The translations under genes were made by a program, and so were the position numbers. A stretch of 64,000 nucleotides of DNA from Balanoglossus misakiensis (taxonomy: Eukaryota; Animalia; Hemichordata), in the NCBI GenBank assembly GCA_040954595.2, contig CM082588.2:1107935-1171934 (forward strand), given 5' to 3'. The stretch's first letter is position 1. Every line of letters begins with the position of its first letter. The notes below the pieces were generated by a model that was not told the DNA's origin, ran no database searches, and saw only the letters and a program-made list of their open reading frames with translations. Below, piece after piece: positions 1-15,000 of the stretch.

Positions 1-80
1 GATTTTCAATGAGGCTTATAACCCATGGTTTTTGGTCGAAAAAAGGCACCAAATTTTGAAATTTCGCGAAGTCGAAAATT
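1..80 (-). repeat. Partial satellite monomer in inverted orientation
   Basis: GATTTTCAATGAGGCTTATAACCCATGGTTTTTGGTCGAAAAAAGGCACCAAATTTTGAAATTTCGCGAAGTCGAAAATT is the reverse complement of the monomer with several single-base insertions. It switches to forward orientation at AAAATT (about 75-80). Confidence 0.93.
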
Positions 81-3000
81 TGGTGGTTTTTCGACAAAAA
101 CCAAGGGTTATAGCTCAGGATAAATCATCCAGAAATGTCAATTTTTCGAGTTCGCGAATTTTCAAAATTTGGTGGTTTTTCGACAAAAACCATGGGTTAT
201 AGCTCATGAAAATCATCCAGAAATGTCAATTTATCGACTTCGCGAAATTTCAAAATTTGGTGCTTTTTCGACAAAAACCATGGTTATAGCTCATGAAAAT
301 CATCCAGAAATGTCATTTTTTCGACTTCGCGAAATTTCAAAATTTGGTGCTTTTTCGACAAAAACCATGGGTTATAGCTCATGAAAATCATCCAGAAATG
401 TCAATTTTTCGACTTCGCGAATTTCAAAATTTGGTGCTTTTTCGACAAAAACCATGGGTTATAGCTCATGAAAATCATCCAGAAATGTCAATTTTTCGAC
501 TTCGCGAAATTTCAAAATTTGGTGCTTTTTCGACAAAAACCATGGGTTATAGCTCATGAAAATCATCCAGAAAATGTCAATTTTTCGACTTCGCGAAATT
601 TCAAAATTTGGTGGCTTTTTCGACAAAAACCATGGGTTATAGCTCATGAAAATCATCCAGAAATGTCAATTTTTCGACTTCGCGAAATTTCAAAATTTGG
701 TGCTTTTTCGACAAAAACCATGGGTTATAGCTCATGAAAATCATCCAGAAATGTCAATTTTTCGACTTCGCGAAATTTCAAAATTTGGTGGCTTTTCGAC
801 AAAAACCATGGTTATAGCTCATGAAAATCATCCAGAAATGTCAATTTTTCGACTTCGCGAAATTTCAAAATTTGGTGGTTTTTCGACAAAAACCATGGGT
901 TATAGCTCATGAAAATCATCCAGAAATGTCAATTTTTCGACTTCGCGAAATTTCAAAATTTGGTGCTTTTTCGACAAAAACCATGGGTTATAGCTCATGA
1001 AAATCATCCAGAAATGTCAATTTTTCGACTTCGCGAAATTTCAAAATTTGGTGCTTTTTCGACAAAAACCATGGGTTATAGCTCATGAAAATCATCCAGA
1101 AATGTCAATTTTTCGACTTCGCGAAATTTCAAAATTTGGTGCTTTTTCGACAAAAACCATGGGTTATAGCTCATGAAAATCATCCAGAAATGTCAATTTT
1201 TCGACTTCGCGAAATTTCAAAATTTGGTGCTTTTTCGACAAAAACCATGGGTTATAGCTCATGAAAATCATCCAGAAATGTCAATTTTTCGACTTCGCGA
1301 AATTTCAAAATTTGGTGGTTTTTCGACAAAAACCATGGGTTATAGCTCATGAAAATCATCCAGAAATGTCAATTTTTCGACTTCGCGAATTTCAAAATTT
1401 GGTGGTTTTTCGACAAAAACCATGGGTTATAGCTCATGAAAATCATCCAGAAATGTCAATTTTTCGACTTCGCGAAATTTCAAAATTTGGTGGTTTTTCG
1501 ACAAAAACCATGGGTTATAGCTCATGAAAATCATCCAGAAATGTCAATTTTTCGACTTCGCGAAATTTCAAAATTTGGTGCTTTTTTCGACAAAAACCAT
1601 GGGTTATAGCTCATGAAAATCATCCAGAAATGTCAATTTTTCGAGTTCGCGAAATTTCAAAATATGGTGGTTTTTCGACAAAAACCATGGGTTATAGCTC
1701 ATGAAAATCATCCAGAAATGTCAATTTTTCGACTTCGCGAATTTCAAAATTTGGTGCTTTTTCGACAAAAACCATGGGTTATAGCTCATGAAAATCATCC
1801 AGAAATGTCAATTTTTCGACTTCGCGAAATTTCAAAATTTGGTGCTTTTTCGACAAAAACCATGGGTTATAGCTCATGAAAATCATCCAGAAATGTCAAT
1901 TTTTCGACTTCGCGAATTTCAAAATTTGGTGCTTTTTCGACAAAAACCATGGGTTATAGCTCATGAAAATCATCCAGAAATGTCAATTTTTCGACTTCGC
2001 GAAATTTCAAAATTTGGTGGTTTTTCGACAAAAACCATGGGTTATAGCTCATGAAAATCATCCAGAAATGTCAATTTTTCGACTTCGCGAAATTTCAAAA
2101 TTTGGTGCTTTTTCGACAAAAACCATGGGTTATAGCTCATGAAAATCATCCAGAAATGTCAATTTTTCGACTTCGCGAAATTTCAAAATTTGGTGGTTTT
2201 TTCGACAAAAACCATGGGTTATAGCTCATGAAAATCATCCAGAAATGTCAATTTTTCGACTTCGCGAAATTTCAAAATTTGGTGCTTTTTCGACAAAAAC
2301 CATGGGTTATAGCTCATGAAAATCATCCAGAAATGTCAATTTTTCGACTTCGCGAAATTTCAAAAATTTGGTGGCTTTTTCGACAAAAACCATGGGTTAT
2401 AGCTCATGAAAATCATCCAGAAATGTCAATTTTTCGACTTCGCGAAATTTCAAAATTTGGTGCTTTTTCGACAAAAACCATGGGTTATAGCTCATGAAAA
2501 TCATCCAGAAATGTCAATTTTTCGACTTCGCGAAATTTCAAAATTTGGTGCTTTTTCGACAAAAACCATGGGTTATAGCTCATGAAAATCATCCAGAAAT
2601 GTCAATTTTCGACTTCGCGAAATTTCAAAATTTGGTGCTTTTTCGACAAAAACCATGGGTTATAGCTCATGAAAATCATCCAGAAATGTCAATTTTTCGA
2701 CTTCGCGAAATTTCAAAATTTGGTGCTTTTTCGACAAAAACCATGGGTTATAGCTCATGAAAATCATCCAGAAATGTCAATTTTTCGACTTCGCGAAATT
2801 TCAAAATTTGGTGCTTTTTCGACAAAAACCATGGGTTATAGCTCATGAAAATCATCCAGAAATGTCAATTTTTCGACTTCGCGAAATTTCAAAATTTGGT
2901 GCTTTTTCGACAAAAACCATGGGTTATAGCTCATGAAAATCATCCAGAAATGTCAATTTTTCGACTTCGCGAAATTTCAAAATTTGGTGGTTTTTCGACA

Positions 3001-6000
3001 AAAACCATGGGTTATAGCTCATGAAAATCATCCAGAAATGTCAATTTTTCGACTTCGCGAAATTTCAAAATTTGGTGCTTTTTCGACAAAAACCATGGGT
3101 TATAGCTCATGAAAATCATCCAGAAATGTCAATTTTTCGACTTCGCGAATTTCAAAATTTGGTGCTTTTTCGACAAAAACCCATGGGTTATAGCTCATGA
3201 AAATCATCCAGAAATGTCAATTTTTCGACTTCGCGAAATTTCAAAATTTGGTGCTTTTTCGACAAAAACCATGGGTTATAGCTCATGAAAATCATCCAGA
3301 AATGTCAATTTTTCGACTTCGCGAAATTTCAAAATTTGGTGCTTTTTCGACAAAAACCATGGGTTATAGCTCATGAAAAATCATCCAGAAATGTCAATTT
3401 TTCGACTTCGCGAAATTTCAAAATTTGGTGGTTTTTCGACAAAAACCATGGGTTATAGCTCATGAAAATCATCCAGAAATGTCAATTTTTCGACTTCGCG
3501 AAATTTCAAAATTTGGTGCTTTTTCGACAAAAACCATGGGTTATAGCTCATGAAAATCATCCAGAAATGTCAATTTTTCGACTTCGCGAAATTTCAAAAT
3601 TTGGTGCTTTTTCGACAAAAACCATGGGTTATAGCTCATGAAAATCATCCAGAAATGTCAATTTTTCGACTTCGCGAAATTTCAAAATTTGGTGGTTTTT
3701 CGACAAAAACCATGGGTTATAGCTCATGAAAATCATCCAGAAATGTCAATTTTTCGACTTCGCGAAATTTCAAAATTTGGTGCTTTTTCGACAAAAACCA
3801 TGGGTTATAGCTCATGAAAATCATCCAGAAATGTCAATTTTTCGACTTCGCGAAATTTCAAAATTTGGTGCTTTTTCGACAAAAACCATGGGTTATAGCT
3901 CATGAAAATCATCCAGAAATGTCAATTTTTCGACTTCGCGAAATTTCAAAATTTGGTGGTTTTTTGACAAAAACCATGGGTTATAGCTCATGAAAATCAT
4001 CCAGAAATGTCAATTTTTCGACTTCGCGAAATTTCAAAATTTCGTGCTTTTTCGACAAAAACCATGGGTTATAGCTCATGAAAATCATCCAGAAATGTCA
4101 ATTTTTCGACTTCGCGAAATTTCAAAATTTCGTGGTTTTTCGACAAAAACCATGGGTTATAGGCTCATGAAAATCATCCAGAAATGTCAATTTTTCGACT
4201 TCGCGAAATTTCAAAATTTGGTGGTTTTTCGACAAAAACCATGGGTTATAGCTCATGAAAATCATCCAGAAATGTCAATTTTTCGACTTCGCGAAATTTC
4301 AAAATTTGGTGCTTTTTCGACAAAAACCATGGGTTATAGCTCATGAAAATCATCCAGAAATGTCAATTTTTCGACTTCGCGAAATTTCAAAATTTGGTGG
4401 TTTTTCGACAAAAACCATGGGTTATAGCTCATGAAAATCATCCAGAAATGTCAAATTTTTCGAGTTCGCGAAATTTCAAAATTTGGTGGTTTTTCGACAA
4501 AAACCATGGGTTATAGCTCATGAAAATCATCCAGAAATGTCAATTTTTCGACTTCGCGAAATTTCAAAATTTGGGCTTTTTCGACAAAAACCATGGGTTA
4601 TAGCTCATGAAAATCATCCAGAAATGTCAATTTTTCGACTTCGCGAAATTTCAAAATTTCGTGGTTTTTCGACAAAAACCATGGGTTATAGCTCATGAAA
4701 ATCATCCAGAAATGTCAATTTTTCGACTTCGCGAAATTTCAAAATTTCGTGGTTTTTCGACAAAAACCATGGGTTATAGCTCATGAAAATCATCCAGAAA
4801 TGTCAATTTTTCGACTTCGCGAAATTTCAAAATTTCGTGCTTTTTCGACAAAAACCATGGGTTATAGCTCATGAAAATCATCCAGAAATGTCAATTTTTC
4901 GACTTCGCGAAATTTCAAAATTTGGTGCTTTTTTCGACAAAAACCATGGGTTATAGCTCATGAAAATCATCCAGAAATGTCAATTTTTCGACTTCGCGAA
5001 ATTTCAAAATTTGGTGGCTTTTTCGACAAAAACCATGGGTTATAGCTCATGAAAATCATCCAGAAATGTCAATTTTTCGACTTCGCGAAACTTCAAAATT
5101 TGGTGGTTTTTCGACAAAAACCATGGGTTATAGCTCATGAAAATCATCCAGAAATGTCAATTTTTCGACTTCGCGAAATTTCAAAATTTGGTGGCTTTTT
5201 CGACAAAAACCATGGGTTATAGCTCATGAAAATCATCCAGAAATGTCAATTTTTCGACTTCGCGAAATTTCAAAATTTGGTGGTTTTTCGACAAAAACCA
5301 TGGGTTATAGCTCATGAAAATCATCCAGAAATGTCAATTTTTCGACTTCGCGAAATTCAAAATTTGGTGGTTTTTTCGACAAAACCATGGGTTATAGCTC
5401 ATGAAAATCATCCAGAAATGTCAATTTTTCGACTTCGCGAAATTTCAAAATTTGGTGGTTTTTCGACAAAAACCATGGGTTATAGCTCATGAAAATCATC
5501 CAGAAATGTCAATTTTTCGACTTCGCGAAATTTCAAAATTTGGTGCTTTTTCGACAAAAACCATGGGTTATAGCTCATGAAAATCATCCAGAAATGTCAA
5601 TTTTTCGACTTCGCGAAATTTCAAAATTTGGTGCTTTTTCGACAAAAACCATGGGTTATAGCTCATGAAAATCATCCAGAAATGTCAATTTTTCGACTTC
5701 GCGAAATTTCAAAATTTGGTGCTTTTTCGACAAAAACCATGGGTTATAGCTCATGAAAATCATCCAGAAATGTCAATTTTTCGACTTCGCGAAATTTCAA
5801 AATTTGGTGGCTTTTTCGACAAAAACCATGGGTTATAGCTCATGAAAATCATCCAGAAATGTCAATTTTTCGACTTCGCGAAACTTCAAAATTTGGTGTT
5901 TTCGACAAAAACCATGGGTTATAGCTCATGAAAATCATCCAGAAATGTCAATTTTTCGACTTCGCGAAATTTCAAAATTTGGTGGTTTTTCGACAAAAAC

Positions 6001-9000
6001 CATGGGTTATAGCTCATGAAAATCATCCAGAAATGTCAATTTTTCGACTTCGCGAAATTTCAAAATTTGGTGGTTTTTCGACAAAAACCATGGGTTATAG
6101 CTCATGAAAATCATCCAGAAATGTCAATTTTTCGAGTTCGCGAAATTTCAAAATTTGGTGGTTTTTTCGACAAAAACCATGGGTTATAGCTCATGAAAAT
6201 CATCCAGAAATGTCAATTTTTCGACTTCGCGAAATTTCAAAATTATGGTGGTTTTTCGACAAAAACCATGGGTTATAGCTCATGAAAATCATCCAGAAAT
6301 GTCAATTTTTCGACTTCGCGAAATTTCAAAATTTGGTGCTTTTTCGACAAAAACCATGGGTTATAGCTCATGAAAATCATCCAGAAATGTCAATTTTTCG
6401 ACTTCGCGAAATTTCAAAATTTGGTGCTTTTTCGACAAAAACCATGGGTTATAGCTCATGAAAATCATCCAGAAATGTCAATTTTTCGACTTCGCGAAAT
6501 TTCAAAATTTGGTGCTTTTTCGACAAAAACCATGGGTTATAGCTCATGAAAATCATCCAGAAATGTCAATTTTTCGACTTCGCGAAATTTCAAAATTTCG
6601 TGGTTTTTCGACAAAAACCATGGGTTATAGCTCATGAAAATCATCCAGAAATGTCAATTTTTCGACTTCGCGAAATTTCAAAATTTCGTGCTTTTTCGAC
6701 AAAAACCATGGGTTATAGCTCATGAAAATCATCCAGAAATGTCAATTTTTCGACTTCGCGAAATTTCAAAATTTGGTGCTTTTTCGACAAAAACCATGGG
6801 TTATAGCTCATGAAAATCATCCAGAAATGTCAATTTTTCGACTTCGCGAAATTTCAAAATTTGGTGCTTTTTCGACAAAAACCATGGGTTATAGCTCATG
6901 AAAATCATCCAGAAATGTCAATTTTTCGACTTCGCGAAATTTCAAAATTTGGTGGTTTTTCGACAAAAACCATGGGTTATAGCTCATGAAAATCATCCAG
7001 AAATGTCAATTTTTCGACTTCGCGAAATTTCAAAATTTTGTGGTTTTTCGACAAAAACCATGGGTTATAGCTCATGAAAATCATCCAGAAATGTCAATTT
7101 TTCGACTTCGCGAAATTTCAAAATTTCGTGGTTTTTCGACAAAAACCATGGGTTATAGCTCATGAAAATCATCCAGAAATGTCAATTTTTCGACTTCGCG
7201 AAATTCAAAATTTCGTGGTTTTTCGACAAAAACATGGGTTATAGCTCATGAAAATCATCCAGAAATGTCAATTTTTCGACTTCGCGAAATTTCAAAATTT
7301 GGTGGTTTTTCGACAAAAACCAGGGGTTATAGCTCATGAAAATCATCCAGAAATGTCAATTTTTCGACTTCGCGAAATTTCAAAATTTGGTGGTTTTTCG
7401 ACAAAAACCATGGGTTATAGCTCATGAAAATCATCCAGAAATGTCAATTTTTGGACTTCGCGAAATTTCAAAATTTGGTGGTTTTTTGACAAAAACCATG
7501 GGTTATAGCTCATGAAAATCATCCAGAAATGTCAATTTTTCGACTTCACGAAACTTCAAAATTTGGTGGTTTTTCGACAAAAACCATGGGTTATAGCTCA
7601 TGAAAATCATCCAGAAATGTCAATTTTCGACTTCGCGAAATTTCAAATTTGGTGGTTTTTCGACAAAAACCATGGGTTATAGCTCATGAAAATCATCCAG
7701 AAATGTCAATTTTTCGAGTTCGCGAAATTTCAAAATTTGGTGGTTTTTCGACAAAAACCATGGGTTATAGCTCATGAAAATCATCCAGAAATGTCAATTT
7801 TTCGACTTCGCGAAATTTCAAAATATGGTGGTTTTTCGACAAAAACCATGGGTTATAGCTCATGAAAATCATCCAGAAATGTCAATTTTTCGACTTCGCG
7901 AAATTTCAAAATTTGGTGCTTTTTCGACAAAAACCATGGGTTATAGCTCATGAAAATCATCCAGAAATGTCAATTTTTCGACTTCGCGAAATTTCAAAAT
8001 TTGGTGCTTTTTCGACAAAAACCATGGGTTATAGCTCATGAAAATCATCCAGAAATGTCAATTTTTCGACTTCGCGAAATTTCAAAATTTCGTGGTTTTT
8101 CGACAAAAACATGGGTTATAGCTCATGAAAATCATCCAGAAATGTCAATTTTTCGACTTCGCGAAATTTCAAAATTTGGTGGTTTTTCGACAAAAACCAG
8201 GGGTTATAGCTCATGAAAATCATCCAGAAATGTCAATTTTTCGACTTCGCGAAATTTCAAAATTTGGTGGTTTTTCGACAAAAACCATGGGTTATAGCTC
8301 ATGAAAATCATCCAGAAATGTCAATTTTTGGACTTCGCGAAATTTCAAAATTTGGTGGTTTTTTGACAAAAACCATGGGTTATAGCTCATGAAAATCATC
8401 CAGAAATGTCAATTTTTCGACTTCACGAAACTTCAAATTTGGTGGTTTTTCGACAAAAACCATGGGTTATAGCTCATGAAAATCATCCAGAAATGTCAAT
8501 TTTTCGACTTCGCGAAATTTCAAAATTTGGTGGTTTTTCGACAAAAACCATGGGTTATAGCTCATGAAAAATCATCCAGAAATGTCAATTTTTCGACTTC
8601 GCGAAATTTCAAAATTTGGTGGTTTTTCGACAAAAACCATGGGTTATAGCTCATGAAAATCATCCAGAAATGTCAATTTTTCGAGTTCGCGAAATTTCAA
8701 AATTTGGTGGTTTTTCGACAAAAACCATGGGTTATAGCTCATGAAATCATCCAGAAATGTCAATTTTTCGACTTCGCGAAATTTCAAAATATGGTGGTTT
8801 TTCGACAAAAACCATGGGTTATAGCTCATGAAAATCATCCAGAAATGTCAATTTTTCGACTTCGCGAAATTTCAAAATTTGGTGCTTTTTCGACAAAAAC
8901 CATGGGTTATAGCTCATGAAAATCATCCAGAAATGTCAATTTTTCGACTTCGCGAAATTTCAAAATTTGGTGCTTTTTCGACAAAACCATGGGTTATAGC

Positions 9001-12000
9001 TCATGAAAATCATCCAGAAATGTCAATTTTTCGACTTCGCGAAATTTCAAAATTTGGTGCTTTTTCGACAAAAACCATGGGTTATAGCTCATGAAAATCA
9101 TCCAGAAATGTCAATTTTTCGACTTCGCGAAATTTCAAAATTTGGTGGTTTTTCGACAAAAACCATGGGTTATAGCTCATGAAAATCATCCAGAAATGTC
9201 AATTTTTCGACTTCGCGAAATTTCAAAATTTCGTGGTTTTTCGACCAAAACCATGGGTTATAGCTCATGAAAATCATCCAGAAATGTCAATTTTTCGACT
9301 TCGCGAAAATTTCAAAATTTGGTGCTTTTTCGACAAAAACCATGGGTTATAGCTCATGAAAATCATCCAGAAATGTCAATTTTTCGACTTCGCGAAATTT
9401 CAAAATTTGGTGGTTTTTTGACAAAAACCATGGGTTATAGCTCATGAAAATCATCCAGAAATGTCAATTTTTCGACTTCGCGAAATTTCAAAATTTGGTG
9501 GTTTTTCGACAAAAACCATGGGTTATAGCTCATGAAAATCATCCAGAAATGTCAATTTTTCGACTTCGCGAAATTACAAAATTTGGTGGTTTTTCGACAA
9601 AAACCATGGGTTATAGCTCATGAAATCATCCAGAAATGTCAATTTTTCGACTTCGCGAAATTTCAAAATTTGGTGGTTTTTCGACAAAAACCATGGGTTA
9701 TAGCTCATGAAAATCATCCAGAAATGTCAATTTTTCGACTTCGCGAAATTTCAAAATTTGGTGGTTTTTCGACAAAAACCATGGGTTATAGCTCATGAAA
9801 ATCATCCAGAAATGTCAATTTTTCGACTTCGCGAAATTTCAAATTTGGTGGTTTTTCGACAAAAACCATGAGTTATAGCTCATGAAAATCATCCAGAAAT
9901 GTCAATTTTTCGACTTCGCGAAATTTCAAAATTTGGTGGTTTTTCGACAAAAACCATGGGTTATAGCTCATGAAAATCATCCAGAAATGTCAATTTTTCG
10001 ACTTCGCGAAATTTTAAAATTTGGTGCTTTTTCGACAAAAACCATGGGTTATAGCTCATGAAAATCATCCAGAAATGTCAATTTTTCGACTTCGCGAAAT
10101 TTCACAATTTGGTGCTTTTTCGACCAAAAACCATGGGTTATAGCTCATGAAAATCATCCAGAAATGTCAATTTTTCGACTTCGCGAAATTTCACAATTTG
10201 GTGCTTTTTCGACAAAAACCATGGGTTATAGCTCATGAAAATCATCCAGAAATGTCAATTTTTCGACTTCGCGAAATTTCACAATTTGGTGCTTTTTCGA
10301 CAAAAACCATGGGTTATAGCTCATGAAAATCATCCTGAAATGTCAATTTTTCGACTTCGCGAAATTTCACAATTTGGTGCTTTTTTGACAAAAACCATGG
10401 GTTATAGCTCATGAAAATCATCCCAGAAATGTCAATTTTTCGACTTCGCGAATTTCAAAATTTGGTGCTTTTTCGACAAAAACCATGGGTTATAGCTCAT
10501 GAAAATCATCCAGAAATGTCAATTTTTCGACTTCGCGAAATTTCACAATTTGGTGCTTTTTCGACAAAAACCATGGGTTATAGCTCATGAAAATCATCCA
10601 GAAATGTCAATTTTTCGACTTCGCGAAATTTCACAATTTGGTGCTTTTTCGACAAAAACCATGGGTTATAGCTCATGAAAATCATCCAGAAATGTCAATT
10701 TTTCGACTTCGCGAAATTTCAAAATTTGGTGCTTTTTCGACAAAAACCATGGGTTATAGCTCATGAAAATCATCCAGAAATGTCAATTTTTCGAGTTCGC
10801 GAAATTTCAAAATTTGGTGGTTTTTCGACAAAAACCATGGGTTATAGCTCATGAAAATCATCCAGAAATGTCAATTTTTCGACTTCGCGAAATTTCAAAA
10901 TATGGTGGTTTTTCGACAAAAACCATGGGTTATAGCTCATGAAAATCATCCAGAAATGTCAATTTTTCGACTTCGCGAAATTTCAAAATTTGGTGCTTTT
11001 TCGACAAAAACCATGGGTTATAGCTCATGAAAATCATCCAGAAATGTCAATTTTTCGACTTCGCGAAATTTCAAAATTTGGTGCTTTTTCGACAAAAACC
11101 ATGGGTTATAGCTCATGAAAATCATCCAGAAATGTCAATTTTTCGACTTCGCGAAATTTCAAAATTTGGTGGTTTTTCGACAAAAACCATGGGTTATAGC
11201 TCATGAAAATCATCCAGAAATGTCAATTTTTCGACTTCGCGAAATTTCAAAATTTCGTGGTTTTTCGACAAAAACCATGGGTTATAGCTCATGAAAATCA
11301 TCCAGAAATGTCAATTTTTCGACTTCGCGAAATTTCAAAATTTCGTGGTTTTTCGACAAAAACCATGGGTTATAGCTCATGAAAATCATCCAGAAATGTC
11401 AATTTTTCGACTTCGCGAAATTTCAAAATTTGGTGCTTTTTCGACAAAAACCATGGGTTATAGCTCATGAAAATCATCCAGAAATGTCAATTTTTCGACT
11501 TCGCGAAATTTCAAAATTTGGTGGTTTTTCGACAAAAACCATGGGTTATAGCTCATGAAAATCATCCAGAAATGTCAATTTTTCGACTTCGCGAAATTTC
11601 AAAATTTGGTGGTTTTTCGACAAAAACCATGGGTTATAGCTCATGAAAATCATCCAGAAATGTCAATTTTTCGACTTCGCGAAATTACAAAATTTGGTGG
11701 TTTTTCGACAAAAACCATGGGTTATAGCTCATGAAAATCATCCAGAAATGTCAATTTTTCGAGTTCGCGAAATTTCAAAATATGGTGGTTTTTCGACAAA
11801 AACCATGGGTTATAGCTCATGAAAATCATCCAGAAATGTCAATTTTTCGACTTCGCGAAATTTCAAAATTTGGTGGTTTTTCGACAAAAACCATGGGTTA
11901 TAGCTCATGAAAATCATCCAGAAATGTCAATTTTTCGACTTCGCGAAATTTCAAAATTTGGTGGTTTTTCGACAAAAACATGAGTTATAGCTCATGAAAA

Positions 12001-15000
12001 TCATCCAGAAATGTCAATTTTTCGACTTCGCGAAATTTCAAAATTTGGTGGTTTTTCGACAAAAACCATGGGTTATAGCTCATGAAAATCATCCAGAAAT
12101 GTCAATTTTTCGACTTCGCGAAATTTCAAAATTTGGTGCTTTTTCGACAAAAACCATGGGTTATAGCTCATGAAAATCATCCAGAAATGTCAATTTTTCG
12201 ACTTCGCGAAATTTTAAAATTTGGTGCTTTTTCGACAAAAACCATGGGTTATAGCTCATGAAAATCATCCAGAAATGTCAATTTTTCGACTTCGCGAAAT
12301 TTCACAATTTGGTGCTTTTTCGACAAAAACCATGGGTTATAGCTCATGAAAATCATCCAGAAATGTCAATTTTTCGACTTCGCGAAATTTCACAATTTGG
12401 TGCTTTTTCGACAAAAACCATGGGTTATAGCTCATGAAAATCATCCAGAAATGTCAATTTTTCGACTTCGCGAAATTTCAAAATTTGGTGCTTTTTCGAC
12501 AAAAACCATGGGTTATAGCTCATGAAAATCATCCTGAAATGTCAATTTTTCGACTTCGCGAAATTTCACAATTTGGTGCTTTTTTGACAAAAACCATGGG
12601 TTATAGCTCATGAAAATCATCCAGAAATGTCAATTTTTCGACTTCGCGAAATTTCAAAATTTGGTGGTTTTTCGACAAAAACCATGGGTTATAGCTCATG
12701 AAAATCATCCAGAAATGTCAATTTTTCGACTTCGCGAAATTTCAAAATTTGGTGGTTTTTCGACAAAAACCATGGGTTATAGCTCATGAAAATCATCCAG
12801 AAATGTCAATTTTTCGACTTCGCGAAATTACAAAATTTGGTGGTTTTTCGACAAAAACCATGGGTTATAGCTCATGAAAATCATCCAGAAATGTCAATTT
12901 TTCGAGTTCGCGAAATTTCAAAATATGGTGGTTTTTCGACAAAAACCATGGGTTATAGCTCATGAAAATCATCCAGAAATGTCAATTTTTCGACTTCGCG
13001 AAATTTCAAAATTTGGTGGTTTTTCGACAAAAACCATGGGTTATAGCTCATGAAAATCATCCAGAAATGTCAATTTTTCGACTTCGCGAAATTTCAAAAT
13101 TTGGTGCTTTTTCGACAAAAACCATGGGTTATAGCTCATGAAAATCATCCAGAAATGTCAATTTTTCGACTTCGCGAAATTTCAAAATTTGGTGCTTTTT
13201 CGACAAAAACCATGGGTTATAGCTCATGAAAATCATCCAGAAATGTCAATTTTTCGACTTCGCGAAATTTCAAAATTTGGTGGTTTTTCGACAAAAACCA
13301 TGGGTTATAGCTCATGAAAATCATCCAGAAATGTCAATTTTTCGACTTCGCGAAATTTCAAAATTTCGTGGTTTTTCGACAAAAACCATGGGTTATAGCT
13401 CATGAAAATCATCCAGAAATGTCAATTTTTCGACTTCGCGAAATTTCAAAATTTCGTGGTTTTTCGACAAAAACCATGGGTTATAGCTCATGAAAATCAT
13501 CCAGAAATGTCAATTTTTCGACTTCGCGAAATTTCAAAATTTCGTGCTTTTTCGACAAAAACCATGGGTTATAGCTCATGAAAATCATCCAGAAATGTCA
13601 ATTTTTCGACTTCGCGAAATTTCAAAATTTGGTGGTTTTTTGACAAAAACCATGGGTTATAGCTCATGAAAATCATCCAGAAATGTCAATTTTTCGACTT
13701 CGCGAAATTTCAAAATTTGGTGGTTTTTCGACAAAAACCATGGGTTATAGCTCATGAAAAGCTTCCAGAAATGTCAATTTTTCGACTTCGCGAAATTACA
13801 AAATTTGGTGGTTTTTCGACAAAAACCATGGGTTATAGCTCATGAAAATCATCCAGAAATGTCAATTTTTCGAGTTCGCGAAATTTCAAAATATGGTGGT
13901 TTTTTGACAAAAACCATGGGTTATAGCTCATGAAAATCATCCAGAAATGTCAATTTTTCGAGTTCGCGAAATTTCAAAATTTGGTGCTTTTTCGACAAAA
14001 ACCATGGGTTATAGCTCATGAAAATCATCCAGAAATGTCAATTTTTCGACTTCGCGAAATTTCAAAATTTGGTGGTTTTTCGACAAAAACCATGGGTTAT
14101 AGCTCATGAAAATCATCCAGAAATGTCAATTTTTCGACTTCGCGAAATTTTAAAATTTGGTGGTTTTTCGACAAAAACCATGGGTTATAGCTCATGAAAA
14201 TCATCCTGAAATGTCAATTTTTCGACTTCGCGAAATTTCACAATTTGGTGCTTTTTCGACAAAAACCATGGGTTATAGCTCATGAAAATCATCCAGAAAT
14301 GTCAATTTTTCGACTTCGCGAAATTTCAAAATTTGGTGCTTTTTCGACAAAAACCATGGGTTATAGCTCATGAAAATCATCCAGAAATGTCAATTTTTCG
14401 ACTTCGCGAAATTTCACAATTTGGTGCTTTTTTGACAAAAACCATGGGTTATAGCTCATGAAAATCATCCAGAAATGTCAATTTTTCGACTTCGCGAAAT
14501 TTCAAAATTTGGTGCTTTTTCGACAAAAACCATGGGTTATAGCTCATGAAAATCATCCAGAAATGTCAATTTTTCGACTTCGCGAAATTTCAAAATTTGG
14601 TGCTTTTTCGACAAAAACCATGGGTTATAGCTCATGAAAATCATCAAGAAATGTCAATTTTTCGACTTCGCGAAATTTCAAAATTTGGTGGTTTTTCGAC
14701 AAAAACCATGGGTTATAGCTCATGAAAATCATCCAGAAATGTCAATTTTTCGACTTCGCGAAATTTCAAAATTTGGTGGTTTTTCGACAAAAACCATGGG
14801 TTATAGCTCATGAAAATCATCCGGAAATGTCAATTTTTCGACTTCGCGAAATTTCAAAATTTCGTGGTTTTTCGACAAAAACCATGGGTTATAGCTCATT
14901 AAAATCATCCAGAAATGTCAATTTTTCGACTTCGCGAAATTTCACAATTTGGTGGTTTTTTGATGAAAACCATGGGTTATAGCTCATGAAAATCATCCAG

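Noticed and set aside
169-14982. Many 64-118 aa ORFs (MKIIQKCQFF..., ..WVIAHENHPEMS..) in the satellite
   Set aside because: They are translations of the 88-bp monomer. Lengths depend on sporadic homopolymer indels that bypass the two recurrent stops; no gene structure.
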